IMG/VR virus record: IMGVR_UViG_3300027852_000049
Location: 1 to 50,548 of that record
Reading direction: 5' to 3' (one strand)
Origin: a virus
DNA length: 50,548 nucleotides
A program made the position numbers and the translations under genes. Of the stretch, positions 40,301-47,491 are shown piece by piece (the first letter of the stretch is position 1; every line of letters begins with the position of its first letter). The notes beneath the pieces were generated by a model that did no database searches, was not told the DNA's origin, and worked only from the letters and a program-made list of their open reading frames with translations.

Positions 40301-42382
40301 ATTAAATCTGTACATGACATGCTGAAACACATGAGATTTGTGGGTGGCCAGTTGTCAGATACAGCTAAGGTCAGAATGGGTGAGGAACGTCAATCCGCTG
40401 CTGATTCTGTTAAAGCTAACGCACGGGAAACAATCGTTGCTAAGCATGTCGAGAAGAAGACAGACCGTATCAAGGATGGGGTGAAACGATTCCTTCATTC
40501 ACATAGGCGTCTTGCTGGGTTGTTCTTCAGACTGGACGGGTTTGAGTACGACGGAGAGCTTGCTAAACAATATGACAAGGTAGTTGATGCGGGTAACGTT
40601 GAATTAGAGCTTACAGGCGTTATGACGAAGGATATGGATAATGCTTTCAAGAAGGTGTACAAGAAGATCAGTCGTCGGAATGAAGCTACTGTCACGAAGT
40701 CTGACGGTGAAAATTGGACATTAACTCATCGAGCAAGGTTTGTGCTTGCGTTGAACTGGGGTAATGACGGCAACCGTGAAGCAGTACTTGAAGGTTTAAA
40801 TAATAAATTTGAGGATGAATATACTGCTGAAGATGTCATGGCGATGATGTCAACCATGGGTAAGGACGAGTTGAATGCTGTCAATGCTGTATGGATAGCT
40901 AAAGAACAATTGTGGCCTAAGATGTCAGCGGTCAGTGTTCGCATGACAGGGGTGACACCTGCTAAAGTGGTACCTTCATCGTTCAAGGTCAATGGTGTTC
41001 ACATGGTTGGTGGGCACTATAAGCTTCATTACATGGAGGACCCTAATGATGCTGGCCGTAAAGATCTTGAGGTGGATAAGAATATTCAGAAGCAAAGCAT
41101 CAGTATGTCACAGCTAGGCACTATGATTGCACGTAAAGGATCTGGTGGTCGTCAAGTAGATTTAGAACTTCAGCATCTATTCACTGACATTGGAGAGGAC
41201 ATCCACTACATTGCTTATGCTGAGATGGCTAAAGATTTATCACGAGTATTAAAAGGGTCTAATAATCCTCTTGTCGCAGCCATACAGCGTCATCATGGTG
41301 TGCCGTTCTACAAGAACTTAATTGATACAGTAGATGGTATTATTAACCCTCCTGATGCATCTAAAGGGGTATTTTGGCCGGGGTTAAAGTGGGTGAGGGG
41401 TAACCTCACATATGCTTATCTGGCAGGCAGTGTCCGTAACGTGGTGCAACAACCAATAGCATTGACAAACGTTCTGTCACAACTTGGTGAAATCCACACA
41501 ATTAAGGGGATCATGAATTTCTATGCGAACCCTGTTGATAACTGGACGAAGGTTCGTGAAGAGTCAATGTTTATGGCACATCGTACGGAATTAGTTAACC
41601 GTGAGGCACGTGAGCAACTGGCCAAGATGGATTCGATACATCCTACATGGGGTGCTATCAAACAGGGTGCTTTTGCACCTCAAACATTCATGGATTCATT
41701 AATAGCATTCCCTGCATGGATGGGTGCTAGAGATAAGTACATGGCTGATCATCCTGACGCTGACGTAAAGAAAGCTATAAAATATGCTGACGAGATGGTG
41801 GCTAAAACTGTTGGATCGGGAATGACTAAAGATATCGGTAACATCTTGAATGCTACCGAGGCCGAGAAACAAATAACATTCATGGGTACTTTCTTTAACG
41901 TCACGTACAACCTCCATGTGGAAAATATGGAATTGTTAAAGTCTGGTAAAATTAACGGGTTTGAATACGCGAAGAGAGTAGGTTGGATGGCTATTGCACC
42001 GGCACTATTATCTGTGTGGTTATTGTCGGACTTACCTGATGACCCTGATGAAGTACCTATGCACTTGATGAAAGAAGTTGCTTTTTATAATTTCTCATCA
42101 ATATTTTTAATACGGGACTTAATGAGTGTGATTGATGGTTTCACCCCGTCACTACCGGGTCTTCAGTTCGGTACAGGTGCAGTGAGAGTTGCTAATGAAG
42201 TGACAGATGTAGCCACTGGCGATGAAGAGCTTGACATGAACACAGTGGCCAGTATCATCAGAGGCTTACAACCATTAGCACCATTGCCGGGATCAGGTCA
42301 GGTCGCTAGAACACTTGAGGGGATATCAGATGAAAATCAAACCACTTGGGGATCACTTGTTGAAGGTAAGGACAGGAACTAA
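34364..42382 (+). CDS. giant polyvalent virion protein (2,672 aa): GNAT-like + HDxxGH module + ART-like + HExxH zincin-like + C-terminal hydrophobic region
   Basis: A single uninterrupted ORF. The GNAT-like module (~34610-34960) reads GRAGFAIRRDGMIVSLYKHP...GGTRLEAFEGFLTESYGRNGF...KPDVLAMTL. FRVVHDYFGHVKEGVGFRADGEENTWRSH lies at ~35594-35680. The ART-like module (~35940-36370) reads YYHGSP...RPFFFSSDKRLASSYAD...GHDGLIVDNIRDEY...VVFEPSQIRSVNAAFDP. HESAH lies at 38837-38851, followed by HHEKFAETFEAYLRTGKSPS. Hydrophobic segments lie at ~41980-42130. The first track codon (34361) is TTG; the ATG is at 34364. Confidence 0.7.
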   Translation: MSSINFCLKKFGAVTDADAVAELVKSGLTEEQAVNQQIANIDSEIDSIAQQVTNQGGRVANDRGAPITADEFHDNLIEALTASPNGASAYAYTADEYATMKLVSYDDGRAGFAIRRDGMIVSLYKHPDSQLKGVVDLMIQEAVEQGGTRLEAFEGFLTESYGRNGFVEADRYSWDENMAPDNWDAETMGKPDVLAMTLDKGLYDEARENQSANTEGLQDLGRARTSDGRVRRESRLSEKQNEAIRGREADGSLKGLPRQVGGFNASAWANAASVAQEYMANAGLEYLPPSNYVKVDPERSAKIAQAFDGMDHAPNDPEVAAAYTAMINETIEQYRAIVNSGLKVEFIDGADPYESSPRMMTDDVRDNNHMYVFSTREGFGSDDNFDPVDNPLLLETDFKISGQVALANDLFRVVHDYFGHVKEGVGFRADGEENTWRSHISMYSPLARKAVTTETRGQNSWVNYGPYGETNRSATAENTVFADQKIGILPDWVMDDSQDLHQQGTPDLDMSDKARMRRAKDMGFDINTTYYHGSPDSRGIWDEGFDKKGSVGIGENRPFFFSSDKRLASSYADDNRAFDYQNAVAETIPVRLKMTNPKRIRWDGGGFRGKRNGKTYSIDEEINIAREQGHDGLIVDNIRDEYAMTGAPGNVTVVFEPSQIRSVNAAFDPALEDSSRLLYQSQTPVNELGFYSGVNKAVMDMNFPQWKKGGKQLTEVESARLDELNLISYNIKDDNDPLAIELAALEQKQRVSEGLVSGAEILAKLKKTGGVKEVEVKWLGLNEFLQLRDKYTRDEVMEFVQENGLEVVETVADELENDQELTTLEWDSGTIWDDPEAWDHDIEYYSDEAEDNGILDRVVESLLERNSDRYNEEKEDDESAVEYFTRLDDEYGLTDEVRDEAESMAEEAYMYNPVYIYSAQNDGVDLFIFGNDEQGYSIRKDDWRNWNNSVTDIEIYSLNEAEIQAENYAREEELIGYADDQDGNVAKWSDYNIEDTPWDNYREIKLQLPQMDSFYHNVHFDEENIVAFLRVTDRDLYVTPRRQLTKEERAHVEHPDNAEIQNEIEAVEKLLPAEFDRIQQLLKDNIKDEDAHKFEEKLNDYTSWEGIASAIGLDESSVSGYRMMKKSITNLNDLKFKNNTPLNSTEARYGRAGIEKANTYFIDEYQSDWASEGREQGFKTGERDVIEMEEEVLALSGALNNEILSKYSEFVEPYLADIEEELGLSDPESEFNKFVFSNKFQSLIKSNFQHIKEGYEGAILDKIIDIAKDIEAADKEWLYGLRDRIKQIETLDKAVQGEQNGVSDMPLKGDLWIPFGLKRAITDAIENGYEAIAWPNNEALQQRWSRSYNYEAQYDKKMPSVMKKLMGETPVQLTFKGGEITDHRDNYTINKVPFGKNGHKFEVRTSSTAGEAAKTAPLVVDTKADAEKHINSLLRGRDKIQSGYWTIPITDKLKADVQKSGFPLYQEYRGSFNPETMVMKLGESSDLSTFLHESAHFFLEMEKQFVRDYGNTDDHETLLKWLNVSSLENITVEHHEKFAETFEAYLRTGKSPSAKLRNVFTEFADWLSRIYKTLIDSRLTRSKLDPEITGVMDRLLATKAEIESELSSPQYDELFRSKEQAGMTDKQWEKYQQDISKRKTVAQGDINDKVLKEYRKRLSKEWRKEESEIRDAEIERLDQTPPYRLIKALKTYKMNKAEIHDIVDTTTLTDAQRRKLNSFVSDNEAAMNPVEVAEEFEFENAQDMVATILGLTPVKEAAKVIAEQKMKDKYGDFINDGSLEAEVRQAVRNDQQAKILMHEIKALDKKSKINRTYLKDEAARMIASMKFGEIRPNKYYRNEIKAAQDAVTAKSADEKLHAKTRQLANHYLYKEALATKEKIEKHRKYIKNVQSFDYGSTVEASYVANMKMLSESYDMRKNPDQPRNVESLINWMITQTEDINNFVSLEILDVNLATMLSRRDNGETVNYTLPTWEEMTAAEIKSVHDMLKHMRFVGGQLSDTAKVRMGEERQSAADSVKANARETIVAKHVEKKTDRIKDGVKRFLHSHRRLAGLFFRLDGFEYDGELAKQYDKVVDAGNVELELTGVMTKDMDNAFKKVYKKISRRNEATVTKSDGENWTLTHRARFVLALNWGNDGNREAVLEGLNNKFEDEYTAEDVMAMMSTMGKDELNAVNAVWIAKEQLWPKMSAVSVRMTGVTPAKVVPSSFKVNGVHMVGGHYKLHYMEDPNDAGRKDLEVDKNIQKQSISMSQLGTMIARKGSGGRQVDLELQHLFTDIGEDIHYIAYAEMAKDLSRVLKGSNNPLVAAIQRHHGVPFYKNLIDTVDGIINPPDASKGVFWPGLKWVRGNLTYAYLAGSVRNVVQQPIALTNVLSQLGEIHTIKGIMNFYANPVDNWTKVREESMFMAHRTELVNREAREQLAKMDSIHPTWGAIKQGAFAPQTFMDSLIAFPAWMGARDKYMADHPDADVKKAIKYADEMVAKTVGSGMTKDIGNILNATEAEKQITFMGTFFNVTYNLHVENMELLKSGKINGFEYAKRVGWMAIAPALLSVWLLSDLPDDPDEVPMHLMKEVAFYNFSSIFLIRDLMSVIDGFTPSLPGLQFGTGAVRVANEVTDVATGDEELDMNTVASIIRGLQPLAPLPGSGQVARTLEGISDENQTTWGSLVEGKDRN

Positions 42383-42385
42383 ATC

Positions 42386-44446
42386 ATGACCACATCATAT
42401 CAAAATCGATTAGGCACATCACCAGAAGAAGGTATCAAGGCACCCACAGTAGTATCTACAGTAGGTAATATTACCTTAGCCGGTGAGCAAACAATAAACG
42501 GTGTAGACGTAGTAATTGGCAGTAGGGTGTTAGTACGTTTGCAAACAAATCAGGTAGAGAACGGAATCTATGTATGTGAAATGGGCACATGGTCACGGTC
42601 TACTGATTTCAACCAAGCCAACGATGTTATAACAGGGGTGTTGGTGGTTGACGGAACGACCAATCAGATATTCAGATTAAGTTTTGACGGTGAGTATGAG
42701 GCTGATGTAACACCTGTTACATTCCAAGAGTATATGAATGAATTATACCTTGGTGCCAAAGCATCCAACCCAACAGTCAATAACGCGGGTGGACCGCTAA
42801 TCGCTGGTAACGAATACTTTAATACTACAACTAATCTGTCGATGGTGTATACGGGGTCAGCTTGGCAAGACAAAGGTCTGGCTGCAATTCAACGTGAGAC
42901 ACTGATAGCTACAACAGGTCAGACGGTATTCAACCTGTTGACAATGACATATTCGACAGCTATAGCAAACCTGTCTGTATACATAAATGGCGTGAGACAA
43001 GTACCCTCTGCTTACACTGAAACGTCAGTATCAAGCGTAGAGTTTAGTGAAGGACTGGACGAAGGTGACCTTGTTGAATTTATTTCAGCAGAGACTGTCA
43101 CAAATAGTGTTGCTAGTTCAGCTATTATTCAGTACACACCTGCTGGGGTGGGTGCTGTACCAACCAATGTCCAAGAGAAGTTGCGTGAGTCTGTATCAGT
43201 CAAAGATTATGGCGCGGTTGGTGATGGGGTTACTGACGATACGGCAGCTATTCAAGCGGCTATTGATTCTTTGTCCAGTGGTGGTAAAGCATTTGTTCCA
43301 ACAGGGGTTTACCATGTTGACAATCTGTCTCTATCAGGAGGTCAATGCTTGATTGGTGAAGGGGTGTCATCGGTTATTAAGCTGAAGACAGGAGCTATTG
43401 TAATCAAGAACCAAAACAACATCCTTTCTGATATAAGACTGGGGCTTCAAGGGTCAGCCACGACAACAGAGGTTATTTTATTTAAGACCTTAACCGCTGA
43501 TTCTTCAACGATAACAGCATACAACCATATCAAGAGTGTCTATATTGATGCTGATGCTACAGTAGATGGTGTTGTATTTGATGCATCAGATAAGCCGAAT
43601 TTATGGAATTTCATTAGTGATCTAATAATAAGAGATTGCAAAATAGGCATCACCTTCGCTTCACCAGACACTATCACGACTAAATACAATAACTCAAATT
43701 TCTTTAACAATATAGATATCCATACTTGTGTTAAAGGTGTTTATGTAGAAAGTGGCTATGCAGACGCAAATATTTTCAGTGGTCTTGATATTGGAGCTGC
43801 AACCAGCATAGAAATAGACTACAACACAGCCACAGTTAATAGCGTGGCTAGAATGATAATCAACGGTTACATATCTTGGGATTTCACGGGGTCAGTCAGG
43901 GTTTCCGGTTATTCGCCCGGAGGTGTGCTTAACGGGGATGGTGTTACAAGATTAATGAGTAACACATCAGGCGAGTACTCAACGCAGCCTCTACTATTGG
44001 AGCGAAATGATTCGGCTGGCAGTGTGTCTATGGCTTTCAAGAACACAAGTAAAGCTATTAAGTTGGGTATAGATGCTGGTAAATCAGGTGCGCCTTTGCA
44101 TGTTGATGATAAGTTTCATGTTACTAGCGCAGGCACTTCCATTGTTGCAGAAGGTGAGGCCGCAGTAATTATTTCGGCTGATAGAACGGACTCTGCGGGA
44201 TCTAGCTTAATAGAAATTAAGAATACATCTAAGACCGTATTATTAGGTCTTAACTCTGGTAAATCAAGGTCGCCAGTATCAGTTGACACGGAATTACACA
44301 TTGGTGGTGCAATAAGAATCCCAGATGGACTTACCGCACCAGTTGCAATAGTAGGGGAAGCGCAATTATATGTTGATACAGCAGACGGTGATTTGAAGGT
44401 AATATTTGGTGATGGTACAGTAAAAACGATAGTAACTGATGTTTAG
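42386..44446 (+). CDS. tailspike / depolymerase 1 (pectate-lyase-type beta-helix) with N-terminal anchor domain
   Basis: VKDYGAVGDGVTDDTAAIQAAIDSL is the pectate_lyase_3 / GH28-like N-cap motif. About 260 aa precede it, and a roughly 60-aa duplicated unit lies at the C-terminus. Confidence 0.75.
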   Translation: MTTSYQNRLGTSPEEGIKAPTVVSTVGNITLAGEQTINGVDVVIGSRVLVRLQTNQVENGIYVCEMGTWSRSTDFNQANDVITGVLVVDGTTNQIFRLSFDGEYEADVTPVTFQEYMNELYLGAKASNPTVNNAGGPLIAGNEYFNTTTNLSMVYTGSAWQDKGLAAIQRETLIATTGQTVFNLLTMTYSTAIANLSVYINGVRQVPSAYTETSVSSVEFSEGLDEGDLVEFISAETVTNSVASSAIIQYTPAGVGAVPTNVQEKLRESVSVKDYGAVGDGVTDDTAAIQAAIDSLSSGGKAFVPTGVYHVDNLSLSGGQCLIGEGVSSVIKLKTGAIVIKNQNNILSDIRLGLQGSATTTEVILFKTLTADSSTITAYNHIKSVYIDADATVDGVVFDASDKPNLWNFISDLIIRDCKIGITFASPDTITTKYNNSNFFNNIDIHTCVKGVYVESGYADANIFSGLDIGAATSIEIDYNTATVNSVARMIINGYISWDFTGSVRVSGYSPGGVLNGDGVTRLMSNTSGEYSTQPLLLERNDSAGSVSMAFKNTSKAIKLGIDAGKSGAPLHVDDKFHVTSAGTSIVAEGEAAVIISADRTDSAGSSLIEIKNTSKTVLLGLNSGKSRSPVSVDTELHIGGAIRIPDGLTAPVAIVGEAQLYVDTADGDLKVIFGDGTVKTIVTDV

Positions 44447-44521
44447 TCGCACAGTAGAAGAATAAACGGTTAATTACGTCAAAGGGTTCACTTTTGAGCC
44501 AAACATATTTAAGGACATATC

Positions 44522-46357
44522 ATGAGTTTAACTAAAGTAAAAGGCGCGGTTTGGGACAGCAAAGACAACGGGCTTGGTGTTAACGTCAAAGATTATGGAG
44601 CTGTGGGTGATGGGGTGACTGATGATACAGCGGCTATACAGGCGGCTTTAGACTATGCGGCAACTAACGGTAAAGAGGTATACTGTTCTGGTGGGGACAC
44701 CTATAAGATAACAACGCTACTTGTTAAAAACGGTACTAAGTCGTTTACCAGCAACGGTGCTGTTCTTGTTCCCCTTGGCTCAACAAACCCTAGCAATTTA
44801 ACAACAGAGGCGGTTATTGTTTTACAAGGTGATCTCACAGGTGGAGCAGCAGTAGACGACTGTATTATCGGTTTAGAGATAGATATGCAGAACGGTGACA
44901 GAACGGCTATTCTTGGGGATGGTTGTACAGCTTGCACGTTTGTTAATAATAGAATTTACGGCTTTACTAACGATGCCGCTAATAATCATCGGGGCATACG
45001 ATTACAAGAAGGTCCAACACGTAATCGCATTACAAATAATGAAATAGTCGGCTATAGCTCACCAACTCAACGCGGAATGTTGATTGATATATGGGCTTCA
45101 CTTACAGGGCTACCTTCATTCGGTGGTTTCTTTACAGGAACGGTAAGCACGGCAACATCACCCGCTGATAGAAATATAATCTCTGAGAACATTCTAACGA
45201 ATGGTTCTTATGCTGTGAATATGCAGGGCTGTGAGCATACGGTTGTGTCAAACAACATAATGCACAATCAAAATCATCGTGGCATGTGGGTAGGTAATGC
45301 CTCTTGGTATAACACGATTTCAGATAACATAATAACAACGTTTGCATCATCCGCAGTCTTGTTGGGTTATGGAGCTTGCCACAACCTTGTATCGAATAAC
45401 CATTGTCGAAACGAAGGTGCTCACGGGGTAGGCGGCGAGGCCGTTATAAACATCAATACAGGCTCTTCCTATAACCTGATAATAGGTAATCATCTTGATG
45501 CTCCGCTTAACTACTCAGTATATATATCAACCGATAGCTCGAATAACGTAATAGACGGTAACTATTCAAAGAATGCTTATGTAGCTTGTTTCGCAGTTGA
45601 AAATGATTTGATCTCAACAAGACCTACTAATAACTTTTACTCAAGACCAAATTATGAAGACCCTACTTTATTAGACCCCCCTAACTCAACATCGTGGACA
45701 TACAATGATCTTGAAAATACCATTTTTCAAAATAACGTTATCCATTCTGGTTATGCGGGGAGAGTACCACCAGCATTCTTCATATCACAAATTGAAAATG
45801 ATCTTATAGGAGCAACAGCAACTAAATTGACAGGTGTTACTCTTAAAAATAACACAGTGTTAACTAATATTAATATGGGTTACGGGGTTTGCATCTACGA
45901 ACACGTTGCCGCTCAATTAACAAAAGTGAAAGCTATTGGTAATTCATGGCCTGAAGAAATGGTTGCCAGTACGTTAGACTTTACTGGTATGAATACGATA
46001 TCAGCGACTATTGATATGAGGGATGTTGGGTTAATTTACTCAAAGAATAACGGGGTACTGGATGATCTTATCGGTGCTACACCTATTACATTCACTGATG
46101 CTGACGCTACCCCTGATGTTTCAACATGGGAGTTTTTTAATTTCGCAAACACAGCAGCAACAGATGTGACTGATTTTGATGGTGGATATGATGGTCAAGA
46201 GATAATGTTAAGAGGCGACCCAAATACTACAATTAAATATAACTCTGCTTTGATACGAACAAAAGGCGCTGTAGATGTAGTAATCGGAAGCTCTAATAAT
46301 CTCATAAGGTTCAAATTGTTAGGCAGCATTTGGTTTGAGATGTGGAGAAACTTTTAA
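44522..46357 (+). CDS. tailspike / depolymerase 2 (right-handed beta-helix), no long N-terminal anchor
   Basis: VKDYGAVGDGVTDDTAAIQAALDYA begins at residue ~22. It is followed by many NN-x-I/V beta-helix rungs (FVNNRIYG, ITNNEIVG, ISENILTN, VSNNIMHN, ISDNIITT, VSNNHCRN, IIGNHLD, VIDGNYS). Confidence 0.75.
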   Translation: MSLTKVKGAVWDSKDNGLGVNVKDYGAVGDGVTDDTAAIQAALDYAATNGKEVYCSGGDTYKITTLLVKNGTKSFTSNGAVLVPLGSTNPSNLTTEAVIVLQGDLTGGAAVDDCIIGLEIDMQNGDRTAILGDGCTACTFVNNRIYGFTNDAANNHRGIRLQEGPTRNRITNNEIVGYSSPTQRGMLIDIWASLTGLPSFGGFFTGTVSTATSPADRNIISENILTNGSYAVNMQGCEHTVVSNNIMHNQNHRGMWVGNASWYNTISDNIITTFASSAVLLGYGACHNLVSNNHCRNEGAHGVGGEAVININTGSSYNLIIGNHLDAPLNYSVYISTDSSNNVIDGNYSKNAYVACFAVENDLISTRPTNNFYSRPNYEDPTLLDPPNSTSWTYNDLENTIFQNNVIHSGYAGRVPPAFFISQIENDLIGATATKLTGVTLKNNTVLTNINMGYGVCIYEHVAAQLTKVKAIGNSWPEEMVASTLDFTGMNTISATIDMRDVGLIYSKNNGVLDDLIGATPITFTDADATPDVSTWEFFNFANTAATDVTDFDGGYDGQEIMLRGDPNTTIKYNSALIRTKGAVDVVIGSSNNLIRFKLLGSIWFEMWRNF

Positions 46358-46854
46358 TGAAAGATTGGGTACAAACATTAGCCACAGTAGCACCCACCAT
46401 AGCCACTGCGCTCGGTGGCCCGGTAGCTGGTATGGCAGTACAAATAGCAACCTCTGCGCTTGGTATTGATAATAACCAGCAAGCTCTTGAAGACGCTGTG
46501 ATCTCAGGCAACCCTGAAGTTCTTTTAAAGCTACGAACCGCTGAAGCTAACCTGAAGATCGAATTGAAGCGATTGGACATTGAGCTTGAAAAGATACACG
46601 GTGGTGATAGAGACAGCGCACGAGATATGGCGAAGGTTAATATGCTTCCTCAGATTATCCTCAGTGCTATTTACACCATTGGTTATTGTGTAATATTGTG
46701 GCAATTCGTGACAGGTGAGGTTAAGATATCAGAAGAAACATCAGACACTTTCACATTGGTGTTGGGTGTGTTAACGGCTGCTCAAACTCAAATAATGAAC
46801 TTTTGGTTTGGGTCATCTTCTGGTTCTAAACATAAAGACGGTGGTATGAAATGA
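46357..46854 (+). CDS. holin, 3-TM GTA/HP1-type (PF11351-like)
   Basis: GGPVAGMAVQIATSALGI ... NPEVLLKLRTAE ... DRDSARDM ... NFWFGSSSGSKHK matches the remembered 3TM-holin pattern, which ends in yyFGSS.GS..K. TAATG overlap with tailspike 2. Confidence 0.7.
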   Translation: MKDWVQTLATVAPTIATALGGPVAGMAVQIATSALGIDNNQQALEDAVISGNPEVLLKLRTAEANLKIELKRLDIELEKIHGGDRDSARDMAKVNMLPQIILSAIYTIGYCVILWQFVTGEVKISEETSDTFTLVLGVLTAAQTQIMNFWFGSSSGSKHKDGGMK

Positions 46855-47147
46855 CTACGGAGGAGCAATTGGTTGACTTGACTAAAAGGCTTGATGATCA
46901 TTTAGAAAACTTCAATATACATGAAGCTCATGAAATTGAACGTCACCGACAACTCTTGATGTCGCAACAACTCAACACTGAAGCGTTAAATGAACTAGCT
47001 ACATCAACAGCAGGACTCGTTGAAGCTTGGTCAGCAGCTGAAGGTGCAGTCAAAGTGGGTGCTGCTGTTGGTAAAGTCATAAAATGGGCAGCAGGATTTG
47101 CAGTATTAGCTGGTGCCCTTAGTTGGATAGGGATACCTCATAAATGA
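46851..47147 (+). CDS. tail-anchored coiled-coil membrane protein in the lysis cassette
   Basis: 98-aa ORF with a helical N-terminus and a C-terminal TM segment (VIKWAAGFAVLAGALSWIGI). ATGA overlaps on both sides. Confidence 0.5.
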   Translation: MTTEEQLVDLTKRLDDHLENFNIHEAHEIERHRQLLMSQQLNTEALNELATSTAGLVEAWSAAEGAVKVGAAVGKVIKWAAGFAVLAGALSWIGIPHK

Positions 47148-47491
47148 AATTAGCAAACGATTCAGTCAACATACAAGGATTACAGGTTCAGATGAAACCT
47201 GTCCTCCAAATAGCAAAAGATGTATGGTGGGATGAGATAAAGGTAGTCCTAACAATTACAGCAGGACTAGACGGGATTCATTCAGCTGGGTCATATCATT
47301 ACTATGGCTTCGCGGTTGACCTTCGCACATGGGGTGAGGACGGTAATCAGGTCAGTGATGAAGTCAGAAAAAGATTAGCTTCAATTCTTGCATCACACCT
47401 TAAGCATTTCTCACCCTATTTCGACGTGATAGTTCACAGTACACATATCCATGTTGAGTTTGACGCAATGAGGGCTGGTATAGTTTTTTAG
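47144..47491 (+). CDS. endolysin, zinc peptidase M15 family (D-Ala-D-Ala / L-Ala-D-Glu peptidase type)
   Basis: SYHYYGFAVD (H-x6-D) and HSTHIHVEFD (H-x-H) are the M15 zinc ligand pattern. The gene is the last of the rightward unit. Confidence 0.7.
   Translation: MKLANDSVNIQGLQVQMKPVLQIAKDVWWDEIKVVLTITAGLDGIHSAGSYHYYGFAVDLRTWGEDGNQVSDEVRKRLASILASHLKHFSPYFDVIVHSTHIHVEFDAMRAGIVF

Noticed and set aside
34364-42382. Giant ORF considered as an N4-like virion RNA polymerase or a T7 gp16-like lytic transglycosylase core protein
   Set aside because: I could not find single-subunit RNAP motifs or a transglycosylase catalytic region. The recognisable motifs (GNAT-like, ART-like, HExxH) fit the polyvalent-protein class instead.
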